From NCBI GenBank assembly GCA_023244895.1, contig JAHFLL010000001.1, positions 268,009-332,008 of the forward strand: DNA of 64,000 bases, written 5' to 3'. The notes below the pieces were generated by a model. It saw nothing but the letters and a program-made list of their open reading frames with translations. It made no database searches and had not been told where the DNA came from. This document shows, in pieces, positions 28,066-37,291 of this stretch (the stretch's first letter is position 1; each line of letters opens with the position of its first letter). This DNA is from Candidatus Liptonbacteria bacterium (GTDB taxonomy: Bacteria > Patescibacteriota > Minisyncoccia > UBA6257 > 2-01-FULL-56-20). Made by a program: the position numbers and the translations under genes.

Positions 28066-28112
28066 GTAAAAACGATTTGGCTCCACCCCGGACGGGTGGA
28101 GCCTTGTCGATC
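28066..28112. terminator. Bidirectional terminator shared by efp and the island F gene
   Basis: GGCTCCACC-CCGGACG-GGTGGAGCC flanked by an A-run and a T-rich run. Confidence 0.6.
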
Positions 28113-28116
28113 TTAC

Positions 28117-29004
28117 TTAGGGGTCGGGTATATACGTCCCGCAGTTTGGACATTTGTACCCGTGCCCATTGCGGTACATGACCGCGTCGCAATCATCGCA
28201 CTTCCTATCTCCGTGCACGGGCTCTTTCTCTCCGTTTACGCCCGCGCAGAAACGAGCTTCGGGAGACAGGAATTCGATCGCCAGCCACCGGAAGACGTAG
28301 TCCACGATGGACTTCGCGAACCGAATCTTCGGATGTCTGGTCATCCCCGACGGTTCGAAACGCATGTGGCTGAACCTGTCTACCAGCGTCTCGAGAGGTA
28401 CGCCGTACTGCAGGGCAATTGTGATTGCACTGGCAAACGCGTCCGCGAAGCCCGAGATCATCGAGTCCCCGTTGGCCATCACGAGGAACAAGTCGGCGGG
28501 CTTGCCGTCTTCGTATCGCCCGACGGTTACGTAGCCCTGGTGGCCACCGATGTCGAACTTGTGGGAGAGGGCGCGTCTGTCTTCAGGTGGTCTGCGGCGC
28601 TCAACATCCATCCGTCTGGATGCCTTGGCGAGATCGCCAAACTTCAGATCCAGCCACCGGAAGATGTAGTCCGCGATGGATTTTGCGAATCCAATTCGCG
28701 GATGCTTGGTCATCCCGGATGGCTCGAAGCGCATGTGGCTGAACCTGTCTACCAGCGTCTCGAGAGGGACGCCGTACTGTAGGCAGTACGACACCGCCCG
28801 CGCGAATGCGTCCGCGAAGCCGGAGAGGGTTGACCCCTCCTTAGCCATCACGAGGAACAGCTCTCCGAGAGTGCCGTCCTCGTAGAAGCCTACCGTGATG
28901 TAGACTTTGTGCCCACCGATTTTAACTCGGTGCACGAGCGCGTTGCGCTCGTCCGGTAGCGTCCGCCGGAGGGGCGGGTTTACTAACGAGCTGCTAGCGC
29001 TCAT
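28117..29004 (-). CDS. Tandem-duplicated (~130 aa x2) domain protein resembling the class II ribonucleotide reductase C-terminal (TSCPD-like) domain, with C-terminal zinc ribbon. GC-rich island F.
   Basis: Two repeats share ...GGH.GY.TVG.YEDG...LFLVMA...SGFADAFA.A....LQYGVPLETLVDRFSHMRFEPSGMT.HP.I.FAKSI.DY.FRWL. The tail carries CDDCD...CPNCG. The antisense 241-aa ORF is rejected. Confidence 0.4.
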   Translation of the reverse strand: MSASSSLVNPPLRRTLPDERNALVHRVKIGGHKVYITVGFYEDGTLGELFLVMAKEGSTLSGFADAFARAVSYCLQYGVPLETLVDRFSHMRFEPSGMTKHPRIGFAKSIADYIFRWLDLKFGDLAKASRRMDVERRRPPEDRRALSHKFDIGGHQGYVTVGRYEDGKPADLFLVMANGDSMISGFADAFASAITIALQYGVPLETLVDRFSHMRFEPSGMTRHPKIRFAKSIVDYVFRWLAIEFLSPEARFCAGVNGEKEPVHGDRKCDDCDAVMYRNGHGYKCPNCGTYIPDP

Positions 29005-29126
29005 CCTCTTTATCTTCCTTTCTGGTTTAACAGCTGACTTTCTTATATCAGAATATAATTTAAAGTCAAATCCGGGTTCCGCTATCCTTGTCTTTTTGCC
29101 AAGATGTTCAATAATTTGGAAGTTAC

Positions 29127-30305
29127 ATGAAAAAGATTGCGAAAAAAGTATTTGTGGGAATGAGTGGGGGCGTGGACAGCTCCGTAGCCGCTTATTTGCT
29201 CAAGAAGCAAGGTTATAACGTGACCGGTGTTTTTATGCGTTGTTATAACTTAGATGGATGTTCCGAAAAAGACGCGGAGGATGCCCGCCGAGTAGCGGAG
29301 CATTTAAAAATCCCATTCTATGTTTGGGATTTTGAAAAGGAGTATAAAAAGAAGGTAGTAGATTATATGATTCGCGGTTACAAGAGTGGCATTACGCCCA
29401 ATCCAGACGTGATGTGCAATCGCGAGATAAAGTTCGGTTTATTCTTGGCGCGAGCACTAAAAATGGGCGCGGATTATGTCGCTACGGGGCACTATGTGCG
29501 GCTTCGCCGGAAAAGCGATCCGAATACCCCGAATCACATCCGAATTCCACGAAAAAAGGACGATTCGGAGCATTCGGATGGATTTGTAGGTTTGGGTCGC
29601 TACTCTCTGGCTATAGCCAAAGACCCAAATAAGGATCAATCCTATTTTTTATGGACACTGACTCAAAGACAGCTCCAACATTGTTTGTTCCCGATAGGAG
29701 ATTATCTAAAGCCTAAAGTTAGAGAAATTGCACGTAGAGCGGGACTGCCAACCGCGGACAAAAAAGATTCCCAAGGTATCTGCTTTTTGGGCATGGTTTC
29801 TATGGATGAATTTTTGGAGAAATATATCCCCAAAAAGAAAGGAGATGTGTTGGACGCGAAGGGTAAAAAAATAGGGGAGCACATTGGAGCCCATTTCTAT
29901 ACCATTGGGCAGAGGCAGGGCGTAGGCAACATAAAGCATCAAAAGGGGAATCAGATACACAAGCCAGTTTATGTTTCTAAGAAGGACGTGAGGAAGAACG
30001 TGGTGGTAGTAGAAGAAGAGGGCAGTCCGGCTTTGTATCGTAGCGTGGCGCGCCTGAGCGATCTGAATATTATTAATCCGATTGGTCCAAACAGGGGCAA
30101 GAGGACCAAGGTAAATGTTTGGACGAGAGTAAGATATAGACAGCCGCTAGCTCCAGCCGTGCTGGAGAAGTCCCAAGTACTAAATTCCAAACGTCAAACT
30201 TGGAAGCTAGTCTTTAAAAATCCGCAGAAGTTCGTGGCGGAGGGTCAGTCCGCGGTTTTTTATAAGAAGAACGGAGAAATGTTGGGCGGAGGGATAATCG
30301 TTTAA
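29127..30305 (+). CDS. mnmA: tRNA 2-thiouridylase MnmA
   Basis: PP-loop SGGVDSSVAA and the C-terminal catalytic region. Confidence 0.85.
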   Translation: MKKIAKKVFVGMSGGVDSSVAAYLLKKQGYNVTGVFMRCYNLDGCSEKDAEDARRVAEHLKIPFYVWDFEKEYKKKVVDYMIRGYKSGITPNPDVMCNREIKFGLFLARALKMGADYVATGHYVRLRRKSDPNTPNHIRIPRKKDDSEHSDGFVGLGRYSLAIAKDPNKDQSYFLWTLTQRQLQHCLFPIGDYLKPKVREIARRAGLPTADKKDSQGICFLGMVSMDEFLEKYIPKKKGDVLDAKGKKIGEHIGAHFYTIGQRQGVGNIKHQKGNQIHKPVYVSKKDVRKNVVVVEEEGSPALYRSVARLSDLNIINPIGPNRGKRTKVNVWTRVRYRQPLAPAVLEKSQVLNSKRQTWKLVFKNPQKFVAEGQSAVFYKKNGEMLGGGIIV

Positions 30306-30324
30306 ATTTGCTATAATTCTGGAC

Positions 30325-30846
30325 ATGGAAGAGATAGAGCTAACATATCTAGCGAAAAATTTACCAGATGGCATTTTGGAATTCCCCAGCAAGGAGATTT
30401 TGGATATTTATCTTCCGTCTTCCGCGGTTCATCCCGGGCTACGCATCCGAAAGTCGGGAGATAAATACGACATAACCAAAAAGCGTCCGCTAAAGGAGGG
30501 CGACTCTTCTTATCAGCTGGAAACGACCGTACCTCTTACCCCCGAAGAATATTCGGAAATAAGCACGCTCCCGGGCAAGAGGGTCCGCAAGATTCGTTAC
30601 TATTACGAGCAGAATGGTGCGAGCTATGAAGTAGACGTTTTCAAAGATAATCTGGAGGGCCTGGTCTTGGTGGATATTGAGTTCAAGACCGTGGAGGAAA
30701 AAGATAGTTTTGTAATGCCCGACTTCTGCCTGCGGGAAGTGACTCAGGAAACGTTTATTGCGGGAGGCATGGTCTGTGGCAAAAAGTACAGCGACCTAGA
30801 GGGTGACCTAGAGAGGTTTGGATATAAGCCATTATTTCTCAAATGA
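30325..30846 (+). CDS. CYTH-like (triphosphate tunnel metalloenzyme) domain protein
   Basis: EIELTY, RIRK and EVDVFKDNLEGLVLVDIEF acidic motifs. Stop overlaps the next start (ATGA). Confidence 0.45.
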   Translation: MEEIELTYLAKNLPDGILEFPSKEILDIYLPSSAVHPGLRIRKSGDKYDITKKRPLKEGDSSYQLETTVPLTPEEYSEISTLPGKRVRKIRYYYEQNGASYEVDVFKDNLEGLVLVDIEFKTVEEKDSFVMPDFCLREVTQETFIAGGMVCGKKYSDLEGDLERFGYKPLFLK

Positions 30847-31370
30847 TTATATTGATAACCGGAGATGGTAAAGGGAAGACCACTTCCGCCTTGGGGCAGA
30901 TGATGCGGGTTTTGGGGCGGGGTAAGTCCGCGCTTATGATCCAGTTTATTAAGGGCCCCTGGATATCGGGGGAAGATAAGTTTGGGGAAAAATATCATAT
31001 ATCAAACGATAAGTTTCAAATAAGAAAAAGAGGCTTGGGGTTTGTGGGGATTTTGGGAGACAAACTGCCCCGAGAAGAGCACGCGCGAGCGGCCAAGAGC
31101 GCCCTGGAGGAGTTCGGGAGAGAGCGGGAGTCCGGTAATTGGCACCTAATAGTTTTAGACGAGATTAATGTCGCGCTTTCTTTGGAGTTGCTGACGATAC
31201 AAGAAGTTTTAAACGCTATTAAGGATTATCCCGAAGATAGCTTACTGATGCTGACCGGCCGAGGCGCGCCCCAGGAATTGATTGATTTAGCGGATCTAGT
31301 GACGGAAACTAAGGACATTAAGCACCCCTACCACGACGGTCAGGATGCCAAGCCGATGGTGGAATTCTAG
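30843..31370 (+). CDS. cobO: Cob(I)alamin adenosyltransferase (CobA/CobO/BtuR family)
   Basis: MIILITGDGKGKTTSALGQMMRVLGRGKSALMIQFIKG closely matches the BtuR/CobA P-loop region. HLIVLDEIN also matches. Confidence 0.75.
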   Translation: MIILITGDGKGKTTSALGQMMRVLGRGKSALMIQFIKGPWISGEDKFGEKYHISNDKFQIRKRGLGFVGILGDKLPREEHARAAKSALEEFGRERESGNWHLIVLDEINVALSLELLTIQEVLNAIKDYPEDSLLMLTGRGAPQELIDLADLVTETKDIKHPYHDGQDAKPMVEF

Positions 31371-31437
31371 TCTTTACAAGGCCCATTTTTTTTACTATAC
31401 TGTCTGCCGTGCCCCTAAGGGGCTATTATCAATAAAA

Positions 31438-32211
31438 ATGACTGAAGACCAAACAATAGCTAAAGTAGAAGAGATTTTTACGGACCCGGCCTTTAAGGAT
31501 ATGGTGGAGGCGGGTATTTATTATGGCCGTAAAAAGAGCAAGACCCATCCCAAAATGAAACAGTTCACTTTGGGTAATCGCAGTGGCATAGAGATAATCA
31601 ATTTGATCAAGACCAAGGAGCTGCTAGATGAGGCCCTAAAGGTTATTGAAGACAGGGTAAAAAACGGAGGCAGCATTCTGGTTGTTGCGACTCAACCGCA
31701 AGCAGAGGAGGCGGTAACTTTCGCGAATGAGTTTGGCTTTCCGGTAGTCAATAAGCGCTGGCTGGGTGGAACTCTCACTAATGGACGCATAATACTAACT
31801 CGCATTGAGCACTTTAAGAAGTTAAGAAATGATTTGGCTCAGGGCCTACTTGAAAAATATACCAAGAAAGAAAGATTAGGCTTTGAGAAAGAAACTAAGA
31901 AAACTACAGAGCTTTTAGGTGGACTGGAAAACTACAACGGCCGGCCGGCGCTGATGTTGGTTATTGATTCCAATATGCATATGACTGCCGTGCGAGAGGC
32001 GCACCACATGCATGTTCCGGTAATCGCCTTTTCCAACACGGATGTTGATCCGGACACGGTGGACTATCTGGTCTTGGGAAACAATAAGGCGCGCGTGGGC
32101 ATTAGTTGGTTCTTGGGTAAGGTAAGAGAAGCGGTAAAATCCGGTATTGCGGCACGGCCGGTAGTCAAGCCCGCGGAAGAGAAAGTGGAACCATCCGCGG
32201 ATAAGAAGTAA
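31438..32211 (+). CDS. rpsB: 30S ribosomal protein S2
   Basis: FTLGNRSGIEIINL and RWLGGTLTN. Start moved to the internal ATG at 31438. The upstream ORF extension is rejected. Confidence 0.8.
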   Translation: MTEDQTIAKVEEIFTDPAFKDMVEAGIYYGRKKSKTHPKMKQFTLGNRSGIEIINLIKTKELLDEALKVIEDRVKNGGSILVVATQPQAEEAVTFANEFGFPVVNKRWLGGTLTNGRIILTRIEHFKKLRNDLAQGLLEKYTKKERLGFEKETKKTTELLGGLENYNGRPALMLVIDSNMHMTAVREAHHMHVPVIAFSNTDVDPDTVDYLVLGNNKARVGISWFLGKVREAVKSGIAARPVVKPAEEKVEPSADKK

Positions 32212-32244
32212 AATTAGCGGGTAATAAAAATTAAATAAAATTTT

Positions 32245-32694
32245 ATGTCTCAACCAGCGAGTTTAGTTCAGCAGTTGCGAGAATTGACCGGCGCGGGCGT
32301 AATGGAGTGCAAGAGAGCATTGGAGGATGCGGCGGGCGATATGGAAAAAGCAAAAAAGCTCATTGCGGAGCGTGGTTTGGCTAGTGTGGGCAAGCGTTCC
32401 GAGCGGGAAACCGGCGCGGGCTTACTTAAGACTTATGTTCATAATAATCGTATCGGCGTTCTCTTGGAGATAAGGGCGGAGACCGACTTCGTGGTCCGTT
32501 CTGATCCCTTCCAGCAATTGGCGCAAGAACTAGTTATGCAGATAGCGGCGGTGGAAGTGGAGAGTGTGGAAGATTTATTGAAGCAACTTTACGTTAGAGA
32601 CGAATCTAAGACGGTAGACATCTTAGTTAAGGAGGTTATCGCCAAGGTTGGCGAAAACGTACGTATTACCCGCTTCGCTCGTTTCGCGTTATAA
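32245..32694 (+). CDS. tsf: Elongation factor Ts, short form
   Basis: LRELTGAGVMECKRALE. 149 aa, as in reduced genomes. Confidence 0.8.
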   Translation: MSQPASLVQQLRELTGAGVMECKRALEDAAGDMEKAKKLIAERGLASVGKRSERETGAGLLKTYVHNNRIGVLLEIRAETDFVVRSDPFQQLAQELVMQIAAVEVESVEDLLKQLYVRDESKTVDILVKEVIAKVGENVRITRFARFAL

Positions 32695-32727
32695 TTAGGG
32701 AGCCCCAGTTTAGCTGGGCTTAAATCA

Positions 32728-33066
32728 ATGGATGCCATTCAATTCATATTTTCAACTACTTTAATGATAGCGGTGGGCGTGGTTTTGTATTTCTCCGCGC
32801 GCGCCCTACCCAGGATTTCAGATGACAATGGGGAGCAGAAGGCGTCTCTTTTGGAGCGCTGGCTGACTTCCGAGATGCCGAACCGGCTGGACCAGGTGCT
32901 TAATAACTATATGGGCAAGTTCTTTCGCAAGCTAAAGGTATATATATTGCGCATGGACAATGTCTTGACCGGTAAGCTAAGGAAAATGAATATGGAGCAG
33001 AACGGTAAGCCCAGAATAGACTTCAACGAAATAACCGGAGACAAGAATATGGAGGGAGGGGAGTAG
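32728..33066 (+). CDS. Small membrane protein, hypothetical
   Basis: N-terminal TM segment. No homology recognised. Confidence 0.35.
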   Translation: MDAIQFIFSTTLMIAVGVVLYFSARALPRISDDNGEQKASLLERWLTSEMPNRLDQVLNNYMGKFFRKLKVYILRMDNVLTGKLRKMNMEQNGKPRIDFNEITGDKNMEGGE

Positions 33067-33160
33067 GCTCTAGCTATTGCCGAAAAGGGCTAATTTTTGT
33101 TAAATTAGATGCGCCCACATGACGCTGTTTTGAGCGGAGGGCGTGGGAGTGGTTTTACAT

Positions 33161-33244
33161 GCACGGGTGGCAGAGCGGTCAATTGCAATAGACTGTAAAT
33201 CTATCGCCTTTATGGCTACGCAGGTTCGAATCCTGCCCCGTGCA
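33161..33244 (+). tRNA. tRNA-Tyr (anticodon GTA), long variable arm
   Basis: Acceptor GCACGGG/CCCGTGC, anticodon stem ATAGA/TCTAT with loop CTGTAAA, T-arm GCAGGTTCGAATCCTGC. Confidence 0.85.
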
Positions 33245-33355
33245 CAAAAAACAGAACGTGATATTCTTTATGAGTATCACGTTTTGTTTTGTATAGTCAG
33301 ATTCGAACCGCGGGCCGCAGGCTCCGAAGAGGAGCCGAAGGTTTCGAGCATAGTA

Positions 33356-33772
33356 ATGCGAGAGGCGAATCCCATCCCGTGCACTAAGAAAATGAGAAAA
33401 GACGTAGTTGTTAAAAAATCCCGATTATCTGGCATGGGCGTTTTTGCTGCCAGGAGTTTTAAAAAAGGGGAGGTTGTGATGCGCTGGAATCCGCTGACGA
33501 TCAATAAGGAAGATTTAAAAAAATTATCACGGAAGGAGCGGCGCTATATTAACCATCCAGCCCCGGGAAAGTATTTTTTAATGCAACCACCGGAACGATA
33601 TGTAAATCATTCCTGTGATGCAAATACTATCGCTAGAAACTCCCGGGATGTCGCGAGAAGAGCTATAAAAAAAGGAGAGGAGATAACATCTGATTACGAA
33701 AAGCTGGGTCCATCAACGATTGTTTTCAAATGCATGTGTGGTTCTAGAAAATGTCGTGGAAAAGTGTCTTGA
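33356..33772 (+). CDS. SET-domain protein (putative lysine methyltransferase)
   Basis: GMGVFAARSFKKGEVV, NHSCDAN and GEEITSDY. The upstream part of the tracked ORF overlaps the tRNA and is rejected. Confidence 0.65.
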   Translation: MREANPIPCTKKMRKDVVVKKSRLSGMGVFAARSFKKGEVVMRWNPLTINKEDLKKLSRKERRYINHPAPGKYFLMQPPERYVNHSCDANTIARNSRDVARRAIKKGEEITSDYEKLGPSTIVFKCMCGSRKCRGKVS

Positions 33773-33817
33773 ATCGGAAGAAAATTATAACATCGTCCCA
33801 TCCTGTGCACCAACAAA

Positions 33818-34900
33818 ATGAAAATTGAAGACCTCGGTTACGACGATTCTTTTGAGGTCAATCGCAATAAATTAGGACTGGCCGAATTTTCGGTTGCACG
33901 GGTCGTGGTTCAGCATAGGGGAGTCTACAAGGTCAAGAACGCGGATGGGGAATACCTGGCGAAGATAACCGGTAAGCGGATGTTTGAGGCCGTCTCCCGA
34001 GAAGATTATCCCGCCGTAGGAGATTGGGTGGCGATTGCTGTGCTCGGCCAGGGGCAGGCCATTATTCGGGGCGTATTGCCGAGAAGAACGATAATCAAAA
34101 GAAAGCATGGAGATAGAGACAGACTTAAGGAAAAGAGCGAGACACAGATTATCGGGACGAACATTGACGTGGCATTTGTGGTTGAGTCGGTGGATAGAGA
34201 TTACAATTTGAACCGATTGGAGAGATATTTTGCCATAGTAGGCGACGGGGGCGTGAAGCCTGCCATAATAATCAACAAAACAGACCTAATCTCTAAAACG
34301 GAACTTGACCTAAAATTAACCCAGCTTAGAGCCAGGTTCGGGGACGCAGATATTGTAATTACCAGCACCAGGACGGAAGAGGGATTGGACGAGCTTAAGG
34401 CCCGCATTCAAAGCGGGAAGACCTATTGTTTTTTGGGTTCGTCCGGAGTTGGAAAGTCCTCTTTGATTAATAAACTGCTCGGAGAAAATGTTATAAAGAC
34501 CGAGGAGATAAGTCTTAGTACCGGCAAGGGCAGGCACACCACCACCAACCGGGAAATGTATTTTTTGGAAAACGGGGGGATTGTGATAGACAACCCGGGC
34601 ATGCGGGAAGTGGGGATGACGGACGTGAGCGCGGGCATAGACAATTTATTTGATGAAATAACGGCTTTGGCCGATAAGTGCAAGTATGCTGATTGTGCCC
34701 ACATAGAGGAGCCCGGTTGCGGAGTTCTACTCGCCCTCAAAGCCGGCAAATTGGATAAAGATAAATACTTAAACTATATTAATCTGAAGAAGGAGGCCAA
34801 GCACTATGAAATGACCGAGCTAGAAAAGAGAGAGAAGGACCGCCGATTTGGAAAGTTTATCAAAAAGGCCAAAGAAGAAGTGAAGAGATATAAGTCTTAG
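33818..34900 (+). CDS. rsgA: Ribosome small-subunit-dependent GTPase A (RsgA/YjeQ)
   Basis: G-motifs in circularly permuted order, GSSGVGKSSLIN, and the zinc cluster CKYADCAHIEEPGC. Confidence 0.8.
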   Translation: MKIEDLGYDDSFEVNRNKLGLAEFSVARVVVQHRGVYKVKNADGEYLAKITGKRMFEAVSREDYPAVGDWVAIAVLGQGQAIIRGVLPRRTIIKRKHGDRDRLKEKSETQIIGTNIDVAFVVESVDRDYNLNRLERYFAIVGDGGVKPAIIINKTDLISKTELDLKLTQLRARFGDADIVITSTRTEEGLDELKARIQSGKTYCFLGSSGVGKSSLINKLLGENVIKTEEISLSTGKGRHTTTNREMYFLENGGIVIDNPGMREVGMTDVSAGIDNLFDEITALADKCKYADCAHIEEPGCGVLLALKAGKLDKDKYLNYINLKKEAKHYEMTELEKREKDRRFGKFIKKAKEEVKRYKS

Positions 34901-34970
34901 GATCTATTAGTAGACTTTGCGTGAGATGTTTTAGGCACAAAGAAGAGTGATATAATGCCGTAGTAATAAA

Positions 34971-35405
34971 ATGACCTGCCCTTATTGCGAATTGCCAGAA
35001 CTAAAAACAAGAACGATCGTAAGGAATCGTTCAGCGTGGGCTTTCCCGACTAACATCCCAATAGTTCCCGGCCATATTTTGATTGCGCCGATTAGATGTG
35101 TGCCTACCTTTGAGGAGCTTACCTCCGATGAGGTTGAAGACATATTTGATTTAAAAAAGAAGCTGAAGCTGGCTCTCATAAAATCATTCGGAGCTGAAGG
35201 ATTTAATTATGCTTGGAATGAAGGCGACCTAGCTGGGCAATCCATCCCGCACTTTCACCTCCATATGCTTCCCCGAAAGACCGGGGACGAAGGGATAACG
35301 GAATATGAGCCGAGGAAATTTCTATACCGTCCCGGATCAAGAGAGAAAACCCCAGAGCAGGAATTGGCTAAGGTGGCGGATCTAATTAGAGGCTCAATTG
35401 AATAA
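34971..35405 (+). CDS. HIT family hydrolase
   Basis: HFHLHMLPR histidine triad. Confidence 0.75.
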   Translation: MTCPYCELPELKTRTIVRNRSAWAFPTNIPIVPGHILIAPIRCVPTFEELTSDEVEDIFDLKKKLKLALIKSFGAEGFNYAWNEGDLAGQSIPHFHLHMLPRKTGDEGITEYEPRKFLYRPGSREKTPEQELAKVADLIRGSIE

Positions 35406-35408
35406 ACT

Positions 35409-35954
35409 ATGTCCGTAAACATCACCTATTTTGTTCACGGGACGACCACGGATAACGAAAAAGACATATCGTCCGGATGGTATGATGTAGAGTTGTCGGA
35501 TTTGGGAGTAAGACAGTCCACTGAGCTTAGAGACAAGATAAAAGATAAAAAATTTGATGTGGTTTTCTGCTCCGATCTCAAAAGGGCAACCAATTCGACA
35601 AGGCTGGCATTTGAAGGGTTAGCTCCCATAATACCCGACCAAAGACTTAGAGAGTGCAACTACGGGGAATACAATGCTAAGCCTTCGGAGGTGGTTGAGC
35701 CAATGTGCGAGAAGCTATTGGACGAAAGATTCCCAGGAGGGGAAAGCTATGAAGACGTGAAGGCCAGAATTTCTGATTTTTTGGATTTTTTAAAAGCTAA
35801 CTATGACGGTAAATCCGTCGCGATTGTCGCTCATAAGGCGCCTCAGCTCGCGCTCGACGTTCTGCTTAAGGGGAAGACCTGGGAGCAGGCTTTTGCCGAA
35901 GACTGGCGCAAGACCCGTTCTTGGCAACCGGGCTGGGACTATATTCTTAACTGA
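35409..35954 (+). CDS. Histidine phosphatase (phosphoglycerate-mutase-like) family protein
   Basis: N-terminal VHGTTTDN, a variant of the RHGxT motif. Confidence 0.5.
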   Translation: MSVNITYFVHGTTTDNEKDISSGWYDVELSDLGVRQSTELRDKIKDKKFDVVFCSDLKRATNSTRLAFEGLAPIIPDQRLRECNYGEYNAKPSEVVEPMCEKLLDERFPGGESYEDVKARISDFLDFLKANYDGKSVAIVAHKAPQLALDVLLKGKTWEQAFAEDWRKTRSWQPGWDYILN

Positions 35955-35987
35955 TTTTATATTAAAGAGAAGAGGATATTTTATACG

Positions 35988-36197
35988 ATGTCTCCCGATA
36001 ACCCCGCGCCACCTAAAAGAAGCGAAATCCGCCCGGGCGTGGCGGTTTGGGTTATAGAGAAAGAGAATTATGGCACGAACAAATACGTCCAGGGCATAGT
36101 AAAAGACGTTTTAACCTCCATTAGCAATCACCCCCGTGGCATAAAAGTTCGCCTCACGGACGGCACCATCGGGCGGGTGCAGTGGCTGGTGGATTAG
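35988..36197 (+). CDS. YwbE family small protein
   Basis: GIVKDVLTSISNHPRGIKVRLTDGTIGRV matches the YwbE/TIGR03833 pattern. Confidence 0.55.
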   Translation: MSPDNPAPPKRSEIRPGVAVWVIEKENYGTNKYVQGIVKDVLTSISNHPRGIKVRLTDGTIGRVQWLVD

Positions 36198-36212
36198 TGC
36201 TACAATTGCTCC

Positions 36213-36794
36213 ATGCCTAAGCGGGTCTTTATCGTGCACGGTTGGGATGGCAGTCCAGAAGAGGGCTGGTTTCCTTGGCTGAAGAAAAATCTCACAGATA
36301 GGGGTTTCAAGCCTAGAATCCTTGAGATGCCGAATCCGGGCGAACCGATTATAAAAGATTGGGTGTCGTGCATTGCTAACGCAGTAGGCGCGATAGATAA
36401 TCAAACTTACTTTGTCGGACACAGCATCGGCTGCCAGGCAATCCTAAGATATTTAGCCGGCATTAGTCAGGATGTTCAGGCGCGCGGAGCGGTTTTTGTG
36501 GGCGGGTGGATAGAGGTGAGCGGTCTTGAAACAGAAGAAGAACGCAGGATCGCCCAGCCCTGGCTCACGACTAAAATAGATTTCTGGAAAGTAAGACAGC
36601 ATGCCCGCAGGTTCTCCGCGATATTTTCGGATAATGATAAGTTCGTCCCTTTAAGCAACAGAGAAATATTTAAAAAAGAACTCGGAGCGAAAATAATAAC
36701 CGAACACAATAAGGGACATTTTAGCGGTAGTGATGGCACGACCGAACTACCGAACGCGCTAGAAGAGGTATTTCAGATGCAATTTATGGAGTAA
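36213..36794 (+). CDS. Alpha/beta hydrolase, RBBP9/YdeN-like serine hydrolase
   Basis: IVHGWDGSPEEGWFPWL and the nucleophile elbow GHSIG. Confidence 0.6.
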   Translation: MPKRVFIVHGWDGSPEEGWFPWLKKNLTDRGFKPRILEMPNPGEPIIKDWVSCIANAVGAIDNQTYFVGHSIGCQAILRYLAGISQDVQARGAVFVGGWIEVSGLETEEERRIAQPWLTTKIDFWKVRQHARRFSAIFSDNDKFVPLSNREIFKKELGAKIITEHNKGHFSGSDGTTELPNALEEVFQMQFME

Positions 36795-37288
36795 TGCACG
36801 AACATTTGGGTCGGGCTATCGTTTTAGAGGTTTTGCCGCGCGGCAATTCGGACGCACGGGTGATTTTGTTTATGGAGAAAATGGGCAAACTTCTGGCGCG
36901 CGCGCAGAGCTTAAGAAAAATAACCTCCAAACTAGCCTCTCACCTCCAGCCGGGCAATTTGGTGCGGGTAAGAGTGATAGAGAAGGGCAATTTGGTTCAG
37001 GTGGTGGACGCCCTCAAGATTGGTAAGGTTAGCGCGGATCTAGAAAAACTCCACCTACTCAGCGGTCTTTTAGCGGATAATCAGCCCGAGGATAAGTTAT
37101 GGCAAGAGGTCGCCAAAGACGGCTTGTCTTGGCGGGAGATACTTAAACTATTGGGCTGGGACCCGGATCATGCCGCTTGCCACATTTGCGGTCATGTTAA
37201 GGTAGCGTCTTTTCACGTCCGTAGCCAGGATTTTTTCTGCGGGGAGTGTTCTTCTCAATTACGGCCAAATGAGCTAATATTTATATAA
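36794..37288 (+). CDS. recO: Short RecO-like recombination mediator with C-terminal zinc finger
   Basis: N-terminal OB-fold pattern RAIVLEVLPRGNSDARVILFMEKMGKL. C-terminal CHICG...CGEC. Confidence 0.45.
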   Translation: MHEHLGRAIVLEVLPRGNSDARVILFMEKMGKLLARAQSLRKITSKLASHLQPGNLVRVRVIEKGNLVQVVDALKIGKVSADLEKLHLLSGLLADNQPEDKLWQEVAKDGLSWREILKLLGWDPDHAACHICGHVKVASFHVRSQDFFCGECSSQLRPNELIFI

Positions 37289-37291
37289 ATT

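Noticed and set aside
28057-28885. Plus-strand ORFs 28057..28782, 28307..28534, 28425..28742 and 28676..28885
   Set aside because: They are antisense shadows of the GC-rich tandem-repeat gene on the minus strand. The minus ORF has coherent repeats and a zinc ribbon.
31345-31437. Upstream extension of the rpsB ORF
   Set aside because: S2 homology begins at MTEDQ (31438), and the extension has no homology.
33290-33345. tRNA-like TTCGAACC box between tRNA-Tyr and the SET gene
   Set aside because: No flanking T-stem, acceptor or anticodon arms could be built on either strand. It is likely a GC-rich hairpin in the leader.
33143-33355. N-terminal 71 codons of tracked ORF 33143..33772
   Set aside because: They overlap tRNA-Tyr and its terminator. 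The start was moved to the ATG at 33356.
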